Source: an uncultured cyanobacterium (lineage in GTDB: Bacteria > Cyanobacteriota > Cyanobacteriia > Cyanobacteriales > Nostocaceae). From it: a stretch of DNA of 64,000 bases. The notes beneath the pieces were generated by a model that made no database searches, was not told the origin of the DNA, and was given only the letters and a program-made list of their open reading frames with translations. Below, piece by piece: positions 42,141 to 52,148 of this stretch. The DNA is taken from the NCBI GenBank assembly GCA_963740315.1, contig CAVUDP010000002.1, forward strand, positions 1,280,001 to 1,344,000. The letters run 5' to 3'. The position numbers and the translations under genes are program-made. Position 1 is the first letter of the stretch, and every line of letters starts with the position of its first letter.

Positions 42141-42506
42141 ACAACCCAGTTTCCTAAATATAGATTGCGGTTGATAATTATCTCGGCGGATCGGCGGATT
42201 ACGCCAACCGAGACTTAAGAAGACAGCAAAAAAGTAGATTTACTTTTAAACTATCAGAGTGGTAATTCTTTAAAAAACTTAACACTCTCTGACTGAGGGA
42301 ATATATTGCGTGCTATGCATCCCTTGCCCAAAAAAAATAGATGGATACAAAGACGATCATAGCGTTTCGCGGGCGCTATGTGCCCAACAATTAGAAGTCA
42401 ATTGCCCGAAATTATTAGCGGCAATACAGCACTTCTATAAAAAAAGTAACATAATCGAGAGATAGATTTCATCCGATCGAAAAGAGCAAATCCGCTTTTA
42501 AGATAG

Positions 42507-43793
42507 GTGTTGTTGGTGGAAAATCAAGTACAAATCAAGTTTATGGATAATTTAAAGGCAATTCGTTCTATTTTATCATTCCTGATGGCGTTTTGGGTCG
42601 CATTTGCTAGCCTTTGCTCCCCAGCACTCGCTTTAACAGATGAGCAAAAACTGGTATCTCAAGCTTGGCGAATTGTTAACCGTACTTATTTAGATGACAC
42701 ATTTAATCATCAAAATTGGGCACAAGTGCGGCAAGAAGCTTTGAAAACACGCTTGAAAGATAGCCAAACGGCATATGAAGCAATTCAAAATATGCTCAAA
42801 TCCCTTGATGATCCTTTTACAAGGTTTTTAGATCCCCGCCAGTACCGCAGTTTACAAGTCAATACTTCTGGAGAGTTAACTGGTGTAGGATTGCAAATTG
42901 CTTTAAACCCCGAAGGTAAATTAGAAGTCGTTACACCGATTGCTGGTTCCCCAGCAGAAAAAGCAGGAATTCAACCGCGCGATCGCATTGTTAAAATTGA
43001 AGGTAACTCTACAGAAAATATTACTCTCGACCAAGCAGCTTCCTTGATGCGCGGTAAAATTGGCACTGCTGTTAGTTTAGTTATAGAAAGAGATGGCGCT
43101 GCTGCCAAAGAAATTACAATCGTGCGCGATCGCATTACTTTGAATCCGGTAATTGCTAAATTGCAAAAAGGGAAAGAAAATAAAAACGATATTGGCTATA
43201 TCCGCTTAACTCAATTTAACGCTAATGCTCCAACGGAATTAGCGATCGCAGTTAGCGAATTGGAAGAAAAAGGTGCTGATGGCTACATTTTAGATTTACG
43301 AAACAATCCCGGTGGTTTGTTACAAGCCGGAATAGAAATTGCTCGTCTGTGGTTAGATTCAGGTATTGTAGTTTATACAGTAAACCGACAAGGCATTCAA
43401 GGCAACTTTGAATCTTTTGGCCCAGCATTAACACAAGACCCATTAGTTATATTAGTTAATCAGGGAACGGCTAGTGCCAGCGAAATTTTAGCAGGCGCAC
43501 TACAAGACAACAAACGTGCAACTCTCGTAGGAGAAAAAACCTTTGGTAAAGGCTTAATTCAATCATTATTTGAACTATCAGATGGTTCCGGCTTAGCAGT
43601 GACAATTGCTAAATATGAAACCCCCAGTCATCGAGACATTAATAAGCTAGGCATTACTCCAGATAAAGTAATTTCCTCTCCCGCAATAAAACTGCAAGAA
43701 GTAGCGACTTCATCAGACACTCAATATCAAGCAGCAGTAGAGCTTTTAGAAGAAACAGTTAACAGCCAGCAGTTAGTAGTTAGGAGTAGTTAA
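42507..43793 (+). CDS. ctpA: carboxyl-terminal processing protease (S41); start may be ATG 42543
   Basis: PDZ GVGL, DLRNNPGG, TASASE, TFGKG; divergent from petB. Confidence 0.9.
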   Translation: MLLVENQVQIKFMDNLKAIRSILSFLMAFWVAFASLCSPALALTDEQKLVSQAWRIVNRTYLDDTFNHQNWAQVRQEALKTRLKDSQTAYEAIQNMLKSLDDPFTRFLDPRQYRSLQVNTSGELTGVGLQIALNPEGKLEVVTPIAGSPAEKAGIQPRDRIVKIEGNSTENITLDQAASLMRGKIGTAVSLVIERDGAAAKEITIVRDRITLNPVIAKLQKGKENKNDIGYIRLTQFNANAPTELAIAVSELEEKGADGYILDLRNNPGGLLQAGIEIARLWLDSGIVVYTVNRQGIQGNFESFGPALTQDPLVILVNQGTASASEILAGALQDNKRATLVGEKTFGKGLIQSLFELSDGSGLAVTIAKYETPSHRDINKLGITPDKVISSPAIKLQEVATSSDTQYQAAVELLEETVNSQQLVVRSS

Positions 43794-43907
43794 GGTTAAA
43801 GGTTAAAGGTTAAAGGTTAAAGGTTAAAATTCCCCTTGTCCCCTTGTCCCCTTGTCCCCCCATCTCCCCATCTCCCCATCTCCCCCTCTCCCCTCCATGC
43901 CCCATCC

Positions 43908-44597
43908 TTAAAGAAGCGATGGCGCTGCGAGTAATTCGGTTAAATCAAGCTTGGCTAAACGGTTGTAGGCATTATCTATCAAACGTTCTCCTCGGAGAAA
44001 GCCAGTGTTTGCACCAGGACAGATGTATTGGAGGGTTCGATCGGTGAAAGTTTCTAGTAAAATCTTGATACTTTTGATTTGTCGGTGCCAGTGAAAGGTT
44101 TTAGATGTTCTTAAAGGTACTGGTTCTTTTTCCCGGTTGGGAACTAAATGCCTTCCAGTAAATAATATTCCTCCCTCGGAATTGTAATATAAACAAGACG
44201 AACCGGGAGAATGACCGGGTGTCCAAATTACCTGCAATCCTGAATCGATAGTAAACTTTTCGCTTATAGCAGTTACCTTTGATTCAGGCAATAAATAAGC
44301 TTCTTGCTCTTGAATTAAAATTTCACAGCCAAAAGTTTTTTGAATTTCCGCACTTTTACCAATTGCACCGCGATGGCTAATAAACAACCAACGTACACCA
44401 CCCTTACTTTCTAGAAAATCCTGATTATTTTTGTCCCAAGCGGGACAATCAATGAGAATATTGCCTTCGTTTCTTACAATGAAATAAGCGGTTCCCCCTA
44501 AAGTGTCCCGATTGGGAGGAAATGCAATTATAGAGTTGAGAATTGTCCGTGGTGGCTTGTGTGTGTGATGACTTTGCTCTGGAAATGGAGGGCACAT
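43908..44597 (-). CDS. MBL-fold metallo-hydrolase-like protein
   Basis: NILID, TPGHSPGS, ILFTG; degenerate metal motif. Confidence 0.8.
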   Translation of the reverse strand: MCPPFPEQSHHTHKPPRTILNSIIAFPPNRDTLGGTAYFIVRNEGNILIDCPAWDKNNQDFLESKGGVRWLFISHRGAIGKSAEIQKTFGCEILIQEQEAYLLPESKVTAISEKFTIDSGLQVIWTPGHSPGSSCLYYNSEGGILFTGRHLVPNREKEPVPLRTSKTFHWHRQIKSIKILLETFTDRTLQYICPGANTGFLRGERLIDNAYNRLAKLDLTELLAAPSLL

Positions 44598-44668
44598 AAG
44601 AAAAAGACTGTTTTAAGGAGAAAATGCTTGAAATCAAGGTTAATGCAAGGTTTAATACACCTAGTTAA

Positions 44669-44870
44669 AACCTTGGTATGTTCCGGATATTTCTGGGATT
44701 TACCGGCGCTAGGTTGCAGACTCAGGACTTTTGTCCTACGTTGATTAAGTCATGATACCTATAAATGAACGCCAGTTTGCAGCTAAGCACGTTAGTAATT
44801 AAGGTAAAGGTGAAACGTGTTACTAACCTAAAAAACTTTTTCAACACTGTCGAGGCAAACATTACCAATT
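44669..44870 (+). ncRNA. omega RNA (HEARO-type) scaffold of IscB; boundaries approximate
   Basis: CAGACTCAG, CTACGTT, GCCAGTT and AACACTGTCGAGGCAAACATTACC motifs directly upstream of iscB. Confidence 0.75.
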
Positions 44871-44886
44871 ATGAGTTGCACTAACC

Positions 44887-46146
44887 ATGCAAAACTATGT
44901 ATTTGTAATTGACACAAACAAACGACTACTTAATCCAATAAGCCCAAAGAAAGCACGTAGATTATTAGATAAAGGCAAAGCTGCTGTTTTTAGAATGTAC
45001 CCTTTTACAATCATTTTGAAAACTGCGATTGAAAAACCGACTTTAACACCTTGTCAAATAAAGATCGATCCAGGCAGTAAAGTCACAGGCTTTACTTTGG
45101 TGCGAGAAAGTCAAGTAATTTGGGCAATGGAATTAGAACATAGAGGAGGTTTAATTAAGAAGAAATTAGCCCAAAGAAAAGCAGTAAGATGCGGTAGACG
45201 TAACCGAAACACTCGCTACAGAAAACCCCGCTTTTTAAATCGCAAGCGTAGTAAAAGCTGGCTAACACCAAGCTTGGAGCATCGCGTATTAACAATTAAA
45301 ACTTGGGTTAATCGCTTAATAAAATTTGTACCTATATCAGAAATATGGGTAGAAAAAGTTAAGTTTGATATGCAACAAATGCAAAATCCAGAAATATCAG
45401 GCATTGAGTATCAACAAGGTACCTTATGGGGTTATCAAGTACGTGAATACTTACTTGAAAAGTGGGGTAGAGACTGTACTTATTGCGGTAAAAAAGATGT
45501 CCCATTACAGATAGAACACATTCATCCAAAGTCAAAAGGAGGTAGTAACAGAGTTAGCAATTTATGTTTAGCTTGTTCCAAGTGTAATCAGAAAAAAGGG
45601 AATAAATCTGTTGAGGAATTATTAAAAGAGAAACCGGACTTGCTACAAAAAATAAAAACCAAGAGTAAAAAACCATTGAAAGACGCGGCAGCAGTAAACG
45701 CGACGAGAAACAAATTAGTAAAGGTTTTAAGTGTTATTAAACCTGTCATAACTGGTAATGGAGCGCAAACAAAGTTTAATCGCATTCGATTAAACCTACC
45801 TAAACAACACTGGATTGATGCGGCTTGTGTTGGTGAAGTTGATAGTTTAGTTCTAAAAACTAACCAACCATTACGAGTAGTTTGTAAAGGACAAGGAGGT
45901 AGGCAGAAAGCAGCCTTAAACAAGTGCGGCTATCCTATACGACACAACCCGCTCAAACCTATTAAGGGTTGGTGTAGTGGAGATATAGCGAAAAACATGA
46001 AGTCGGGCGCTTTTGGTAGAGTCAACCCTAGAACCAGTAGTAACTCATTCAATTTCACCGTTTTAGGTATGAAAGCTATTAATGTTCATGTGAAAAACTT
46101 AACCAAAGTGCATCAAAAGGATGGATACATTTACAGCTTTTACTAG
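44887..46146 (+). CDS. iscB: RNA-guided endonuclease IscB
   Basis: PLMP-like N-terminus (VFVID..LLNP), RuvC-I IDPG, Arg-rich bridge helix, RuvC-II VEKVKFD, HNH IEHIHPKSKGGSN..NL..AC..CN, RuvC-III HWIDA. Confidence 0.92.
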   Translation: MQNYVFVIDTNKRLLNPISPKKARRLLDKGKAAVFRMYPFTIILKTAIEKPTLTPCQIKIDPGSKVTGFTLVRESQVIWAMELEHRGGLIKKKLAQRKAVRCGRRNRNTRYRKPRFLNRKRSKSWLTPSLEHRVLTIKTWVNRLIKFVPISEIWVEKVKFDMQQMQNPEISGIEYQQGTLWGYQVREYLLEKWGRDCTYCGKKDVPLQIEHIHPKSKGGSNRVSNLCLACSKCNQKKGNKSVEELLKEKPDLLQKIKTKSKKPLKDAAAVNATRNKLVKVLSVIKPVITGNGAQTKFNRIRLNLPKQHWIDAACVGEVDSLVLKTNQPLRVVCKGQGGRQKAALNKCGYPIRHNPLKPIKGWCSGDIAKNMKSGAFGRVNPRTSSNSFNFTVLGMKAINVHVKNLTKVHQKDGYIYSFY

Positions 46147-46213
46147 AAATTACTAGGCTTTTAGCGCTCTATTGTTAACAGCAAGACAAACAATCAGAAT
46201 AACTGAAAATAAA

Positions 46214-47680
46214 ATGACATTCTTCCTGATTATTCTAGGAATATTTACTTACTATATTCTCAGACGAACTGTTACAAAAGTAACAAAGACTCCAACTTGG
46301 ATTTTGTGGTTAGTATTGATGGCTCCACCCATAATATGGACTGGTTGGACAATAAAATACGAAACCCAACTACCACTAGCATTAGTATTTGGGACATTAG
46401 TAATTAGTTCGGTGTTATACTTCATACTATTTGAGTCGGGGCGTAGCTCGATAAAAGAGCAGAAGAATCAATCCCAAACACTCGAAACACAATCGGCTAT
46501 ACATCCTACCGTAGAATCAGCACCAGTGCGTCCTATTGAACCAGCAGAAGAAAAACAACTGCGCGAGTGTTTTCCTTGGTCTGTATACTATATTCATAAT
46601 ATTGAATATCGTCCCCAAACAGTGATTTGTCGAGGTCAGTTAAAAACTTCGGCGACAAAGGCTTATCAGCAAGTAAAGGAAAATATCGAATCAGAATTTG
46701 GCGATCGCTTCATCCTAATTTTTCAAGAAGATATAAATGGCAAACCAATATTTTTGCTAGTTCCCAATCATCAGCAGCAGAAAGCATCTTCACAAAAACC
46801 CGAACAGTTAACTCAACCGGGTTTAGCCTTGTTGTTACTCGCGGCAACTTTGATAACTACTACTTTAGTGGGAACGAGGATTGCTGGTATTGAAACCAAA
46901 GAACTATGGCCTAATCCCGGTTTAATATTACAAGGATTGCCGTATGCCATATCGTTGATGACCATTTTAGGCATACACGAAATGGGACACTATTTAGCAG
47001 CAAAGTTTTACAAAATTCGCACTACACTGCCTTATTTTATTCCCATGCCTCTTTTCTTGGGAACCTTTGGTGCATTTATTCAGATGCGAAGTCCCGTACC
47101 TAATCGTAAAGCTTTATTCGACGTTGGGATTGCCGGTCCTGTTGCAGGTTTTTTCGCAAGTTTACCTTTTTTGATATGGGGTTTACTTAATTCAAATGTA
47201 GTTCCCCTAAGCGACGAAGCACAACTGTTAAATACTGACGCTTTAAATCCCAGCCATTCTATATTAATCGCGCTGTTATCAAAATTAACGCTAGGCGCTC
47301 GGTTAAGCTCTAATATGGCAATAGACTTACATCCAGTAGCGGTAGCTGGTTTTTTGGGGATAATTGTCACGGCATTAAATTTGATGCCTGTAGGACAACT
47401 TGATGGCGGGCACATTATTCATGCAATGTTTGGACAGAAAACAGCAAGGATTATTGGACAAATTGCTCGTTTATTGCTGTTGTTACTTTCTTTAATTCAG
47501 TCAGAATATTTATTGTGGGCGATTTATTTGATATTTGTACGTCTGACAGACGAACCCGCTTTAAACGATGTGACTGAACTAGATAATAAACGAGATGTTT
47601 TTGGGCTTTTAGCAATTGGACTGTTAATTTTGATTGTGTTCCCATTACCACAGACAGTTGCTCGGTTGTTAAATATCTAA
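46214..47680 (+). CDS. site-2 protease (M50) family protein
   Basis: HEMGH, NLMPVGQLDGG; ATG 46214 preferred over TTG 46172. Confidence 0.9.
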   Translation: MTFFLIILGIFTYYILRRTVTKVTKTPTWILWLVLMAPPIIWTGWTIKYETQLPLALVFGTLVISSVLYFILFESGRSSIKEQKNQSQTLETQSAIHPTVESAPVRPIEPAEEKQLRECFPWSVYYIHNIEYRPQTVICRGQLKTSATKAYQQVKENIESEFGDRFILIFQEDINGKPIFLLVPNHQQQKASSQKPEQLTQPGLALLLLAATLITTTLVGTRIAGIETKELWPNPGLILQGLPYAISLMTILGIHEMGHYLAAKFYKIRTTLPYFIPMPLFLGTFGAFIQMRSPVPNRKALFDVGIAGPVAGFFASLPFLIWGLLNSNVVPLSDEAQLLNTDALNPSHSILIALLSKLTLGARLSSNMAIDLHPVAVAGFLGIIVTALNLMPVGQLDGGHIIHAMFGQKTARIIGQIARLLLLLLSLIQSEYLLWAIYLIFVRLTDEPALNDVTELDNKRDVFGLLAIGLLILIVFPLPQTVARLLNI

Positions 47681-47977
47681 TTAGTGTAGAGTAAAAGTAA
47701 TATAGCTTTTAACATAATCCATAACGTTGCTTCAAAGCTTTTTCTGTCTGGGGGAGGAGTATTTTAGAGACGGCTTAAAAATGCATTGCACTTAATCGGG
47801 AACCGCCATTATATCTACTTAAAATATGTTTACATTTAGAAAAAAATCTCGAATAGTAAATTTTTAACTCTACAGAATGGCTTTATTTACTATATGATGA
47901 TGTATCATTCTATAGTTTATCGAAACTAAACTTAAGATGAATAATTAACTATATTTACGTTAAGGATAAAAATAGGG

Positions 47978-49552
47978 ATGACATTGCTAATTCTCTCCAC
48001 GGTATCAGTAATTTTTGTCGGAATAGTTACTATATTAGTTTTGCAAATAAAAAATGCGATCGGTGACAGTAAAATCGAACAAGAAAAACTATTAAAACTT
48101 GTAGAAGATACAAGCGAATTAAATAAACAGTTAACTCAGATAGTTGCTGATAATAGTAAAAATCAAACCGAGTCTTCCCAATTATTAAAAAGTCAGGTAG
48201 AAAATTTAACTCAAAATACAGCTTCTGTGTTAACTAATCTAGATCGGTTAGATAAAGCTAATACTCAAACAAGAGACAGTCTTACTCAAGCTCTAGGAAG
48301 TAATAACAGCCAACAGCAAGAAACTTTAACAGCATTGAGCGCAAAATTAGAAGCTGTTGATTCTGTTTCTAGTAAAGTAGAGAATCTTACCAAAACTACT
48401 GAAAAAATTGAAAGTCATCTAAATCAATTAGATGAAGCTAATACTCAAACTAGAGACAGTCTTACTCAAGCTTTAGGAAGCAATAACAGCCAACAGCAAG
48501 AAAGTTTAAAAGCATTGAGCGAGAAATTAGAAGCTGTTAATTCTGTTTCTAGTAAAGTAGAGAATCTAACTAAAACTACTGAAAAAATTGAAAGTCATCT
48601 TTCGCAGTTAGATGAAGCAAATACTCAAACTAGAGAAAGTCTTACTCAAGCATTAGGAAGTAATAACAGCCAACAGCAAGAAAGTTTAAAAGCATTAAGC
48701 GAAAAATTAGAAGCTGTTAATTCTGTTTCTACTAAAGTAGAGAATCTAATTAAAACTACTGAAAAAATAGAAAGTCATCTTTCGCAGTTAGATGAAGTTA
48801 ATACTCAAACCAGAGACAGTCTTACTCAAGCTTTAGGAAGTAATAACAGCCAACAGCAAGAAGCCTTAAAAGCATTAAGCGAGAAATTAGAAGCTGTTAA
48901 TTCTGTTTCTAGTAAAGTAGAGGATTTAACCAAAAATACAGAGAAACTTGAAAAACATCTGACTCAGTTGGATAAAGCTAATACTCAAACCAGAGACAGT
49001 CTTACTCAAGCTCTTGAAGCAAATAACAGCCAACAGCAAGAAGCCTTAAAAGCACTAAATAAAAAGCTAGAAAGTGTTTCCAATGTTTCTAGCAATGTAG
49101 AGAAACTTGAAAAACATCTGACTCAGTTGGATAAAGCTAATACCCATACTAGAGAAAATCTTACTAAAACTATAGAAGGTAATAGTCAGACACAACAACA
49201 ATTACAAGCACTTAGTGAGAAATTAGAAGCAGTTTCTAAAGTCGTAAGTAAAGTTGATAATTTGACCAAAACTACTGAAAAACTTGAAAAACAAATTGCT
49301 CAGCTAGATAAAACTAATACTCAATCGGAAAATAACCCCAATCAAGCAGCAATAGAAGCACAACTAAGCGATCGCCAAGAACAATTAAAAGCTATTGTTG
49401 AAAAATTATCCGGATTTGAGGCAATGAAAACTCAAATCGATAATGTGGTGAAGACAGTAACGAAGCTTGAAAGTAGCTTGAATCAAACATCACAAGCTAG
49501 AAAGCCGAAAAGCAGAAGTACCAATACTAGGAAGGGTACATCACTTGGTTGA
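47978..49552 (+). CDS. membrane-anchored coiled-coil protein with about six 60-aa repeats
   Basis: N-terminal TM; 180-bp periodicity from about 48241. Confidence 0.8.
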   Translation: MTLLILSTVSVIFVGIVTILVLQIKNAIGDSKIEQEKLLKLVEDTSELNKQLTQIVADNSKNQTESSQLLKSQVENLTQNTASVLTNLDRLDKANTQTRDSLTQALGSNNSQQQETLTALSAKLEAVDSVSSKVENLTKTTEKIESHLNQLDEANTQTRDSLTQALGSNNSQQQESLKALSEKLEAVNSVSSKVENLTKTTEKIESHLSQLDEANTQTRESLTQALGSNNSQQQESLKALSEKLEAVNSVSTKVENLIKTTEKIESHLSQLDEVNTQTRDSLTQALGSNNSQQQEALKALSEKLEAVNSVSSKVEDLTKNTEKLEKHLTQLDKANTQTRDSLTQALEANNSQQQEALKALNKKLESVSNVSSNVEKLEKHLTQLDKANTHTRENLTKTIEGNSQTQQQLQALSEKLEAVSKVVSKVDNLTKTTEKLEKQIAQLDKTNTQSENNPNQAAIEAQLSDRQEQLKAIVEKLSGFEAMKTQIDNVVKTVTKLESSLNQTSQARKPKSRSTNTRKGTSLG

Positions 49553-49598
49553 TAATTGATTTGTAGAGACGCGATACTATCAGCGTCTCTACATTAAA

Positions 49599-50165
49599 TT
49601 ACGATGCGGTGTTGGTTGCTGCATCATTTGTTTGTGCAGCAGGTGTTCCACCCATACGAATTTCAGAAGTGAAAGAAGCCATGCTAAAACCACCGAAGCG
49701 TTTAAGAATACCAACGCGCATCCGTAAATTTGGACTTGCAAACCATAAACGTTCTTCAGACGACATGGTTTCGTATTCTGTAATTAGAGTCAGTGCATCG
49801 TCGTCGCCCATTTTATAACTTCCGGCAACTGGGGTTTTCTCTGCATAACCCATTTCTCGCAGTAACTTTCCCAACATCGGGTTATCTGCATCTGGTACCG
49901 CAACCAAAACTGTCGAACCCTCGTGTTTTTCTTTATCCCACTCCATTGTGCCGTTCCAAGTGACTCTAGCCCCAGAGTTTGTACTGCTGGGTTCAACTTG
50001 ATGTTGTTCGCACAGTTTAATTACTTCTGGATGGTCGGCAGCTAAACTTTCAATAATAATATCTGATTTACCGCCTTCGGATTGTTTAAAAGCCAGATGA
50101 TGGCTAGTACGATGGGAAAACCATTTACCAGCACTTAATTCAAAAAACTCTTCAATATTCATCAA
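49599..50165 (-). CDS. cpcS: phycobiliprotein lyase, CpcS/CpeS family
   Basis: [38 protein letters not shown]. Confidence 0.9.
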   Translation of the reverse strand: MMNIEEFFELSAGKWFSHRTSHHLAFKQSEGGKSDIIIESLAADHPEVIKLCEQHQVEPSSTNSGARVTWNGTMEWDKEKHEGSTVLVAVPDADNPMLGKLLREMGYAEKTPVAGSYKMGDDDALTLITEYETMSSEERLWFASPNLRMRVGILKRFGGFSMASFTSEIRMGGTPAAQTNDAATNTAS

Positions 50166-50387
50166 TCAAATTACCTTACGTCAAAATTTTTATAATCTCA
50201 CTTTTAAAAATGTAACAGCAAGCAAGTACTATCTTTTAATAAAGTCAACAAAATCAAATCTTTCGTAACTTTACGCGATCGCTTGCGGTAACTACAAAAA
50301 TGTCTATTAGCTATGAACGGGCAGGGATGCCCGTACCACAAGATACCTATTCCAAAAATTTTTTATTCATAATGGGATGTAGTCTGA

Positions 50388-51071
50388 TTATCCCATTTGA
50401 TTGTTCGCTTGTTCAAGTCTTGATAGCGAAATTGTTGCCGATTCACTAACGTGAGAGTGGCTATCTTTTTCTAAGTACTTTAAAGCTGAGATACTTTTAT
50501 CGGTGGGAAGATGACCTAAAGCTTCTGCTAAACGCTGACGTACTAACCAATCTTCCGATTGAGCAAAGCGAAGAATTTTGTCTACAGAATCGATATCTTT
50601 GATTTCTCCCAACGCTGCGATCGCCGCTTGTTGGATGACAATTTCTTCACTTTCTAAGGCTTTGTAAAGTACTTCCTTAGCGCGAGTATCTTTCAAATTC
50701 CCAAGCGCTACAGCAGCACTAAAACGTACCAGCCAATCTGTATCTTCATAAAATGCTCGCGATAGCGGCTCTAAAGCCCTCGGATCGCCCAAATATCCTA
50801 AAGCACCCGCAGCATCGGCTCTGATGCCATAATCCGAGTCAGCTTGCAGTGTTTGTATTAAAATCGGATAGCAATCTGGTGTTTGTTTAATCCCCAAAGC
50901 AAATATCGCCATCGATCGCAGTTGCAGAGATTCATCATCAAGCACCTTTTTAATTAAAGGCACTGCATCCTCTGCGGGGACATTCCTCAAAGAAGCAAGG
51001 GCTACCATTCTATCTCTTAAAGAAGAACTTTCTAATTGAGTAGTAATTTCTTGTAAGCTTGAATCTGACAT
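50388..51071 (-). CDS. nblB: phycobilisome degradation HEAT-repeat protein NblB
   Basis: PBS-lyase HEAT repeats, DWLVRFSAAVALG, DWLVRQRLAEALG; next to cpcS. Confidence 0.8.
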   Translation of the reverse strand: MSDSSLQEITTQLESSSLRDRMVALASLRNVPAEDAVPLIKKVLDDESLQLRSMAIFALGIKQTPDCYPILIQTLQADSDYGIRADAAGALGYLGDPRALEPLSRAFYEDTDWLVRFSAAVALGNLKDTRAKEVLYKALESEEIVIQQAAIAALGEIKDIDSVDKILRFAQSEDWLVRQRLAEALGHLPTDKSISALKYLEKDSHSHVSESATISLSRLEQANNQMG

Positions 51072-51085
51072 TTAATTTAAAAATA

Positions 51086-51103
51086 GTTACTAATAGTTAC
51101 ATT
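51086..51103. promoter_or_regulatory. HLR1-like direct repeat (putative RpaB site)
   Basis: GTTACTAA-TA-GTTACATT, about 15 bp upstream of the nblB start. Confidence 0.45.
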
Positions 51104-51135
51104 TCTATAAGTAACATTACCTTAGCTAAGATACA

Positions 51136-51699
51136 TTAGCCTGATGGCAGGTTTTTACGATAATTTTTCATTAACCATAGCAATACAATACCAGTAATCG
51201 CCGCACTTGCAGCCCAGCCTATGCCATTCGATATACTCCCACCGCCAAATTTACAGGTAACTGCACAAACATAAGAACCTACCCCACCTCTAACAGCACC
51301 ACTTAAAGCGCTGGCAACTATCCACCAACCCGCATATCGAAAGTGACGACGCAACACCAACCACTGTGCAAATCCCAAAACTGCGAAATTTATTGGTCCA
51401 TAAGCAAGATTAAACCCTAATACTTGCCAAAATCCGCCTACAGATGTCAGAAAATCAACTACAGGATTAAGAATATCCCGAGTAAATATGTATACATAAA
51501 TACCTAATATCCAACCAAAACCGCTTGCAGGTATCCACCAAATAGCAGACTTTATATAACGTTGTAAAACCAACCATTGGGCTATTCCAATCACAAATCC
51601 ACTGGCGATTAATTCCCAGAAAAAATCAGTAGGTGCTGCCACATAACCGATAAAAGCACCACCTGCACCAGTTGCTAAAATCCAGAATAACCACAACAT
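51136..51699 (-). CDS. hypothetical multi-pass membrane protein
   Basis: Likely start ATG 51699 (MLWLFWIL); duplicated G.AQWLVL.R...A.WWI.AS motif. Confidence 0.75.
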   Translation of the reverse strand: MLWLFWILATGAGGAFIGYVAAPTDFFWELIASGFVIGIAQWLVLQRYIKSAIWWIPASGFGWILGIYVYIFTRDILNPVVDFLTSVGGFWQVLGFNLAYGPINFAVLGFAQWLVLRRHFRYAGWWIVASALSGAVRGGVGSYVCAVTCKFGGGSISNGIGWAASAAITGIVLLWLMKNYRKNLPSG

Positions 51700-51710
51700 A
51701 ATTTGTAATT

Positions 51711-51875
51711 GGGGAGAGGGGGGAGATGGGGAGATGGGGAGATGGGGAGATGGGGAGATGGGGAGATGGCGAGATGGGGTTCGGGGGAGATGGGGAGATG
51801 GGGAGATGGCGAGATGGGGAGATGGCGAGAGACAGGGAAGGAGACAAGGGGACAAGGGGACAAGGGGACAAGGGG
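51711..51875. repeat. STRR arrays (GGGGAGAT)n and (GGGGACAA)n
   Basis: Visible 8-mer arrays; similar ones near 230, 15716, 27640, 37680, 43830, 54190. Confidence 0.9.
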
Positions 51876-51889
51876 AAATTAATTTCTAA

Positions 51890-52078
51890 CTAGTACCACA
51901 CCGCTTAAATAGCGCACCCATTAAAATGGTCAGAAGTCGGGTTTTTATAAAATTCGTAAGTGTATTACAGATACGTATTCTAAAAACCCGACTTCTCAAC
52001 CGGAGCCGAGCCGTGTCTTCTTGTGGTCTTTAAGTCCGGTTATTATATGGGTACCTGACAAACGCCCGTCTGTACTAG
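51890..52078. mobile_element. degenerate MITE-like element
   Basis: Inverted ends CTAGTAC-N6-GC-N11-ACCCAT with identical spacing at both ends; internal IR AGAAGTCGGGTTTTT/AAAAACCCGACTTCT. Confidence 0.55.
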
Positions 52079-52148
52079 CTACTCGCTACTTATTAAAAAC
52101 TCACAACTCCTAACTCTTTGATAATTGATAATTGATAATTGATAATTG

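Larger units (their letters stand above)
44669..46146 (+). mobile_element. non-autonomous IS200/IS605-type IscB element (no tnpA)
   Basis: omega RNA plus iscB inserted between two divergent host genes; ends not precisely defined. Confidence 0.7.

Noticed and set aside
51626..51871. Pro/Ser/His-rich ORFs and the N-terminal extension of ORF 51136-51855
   Set aside because: Translations of (GGGGAGAT)n STRRs; the same applies to 27485-27803, 43844-44047 and 15812-15994
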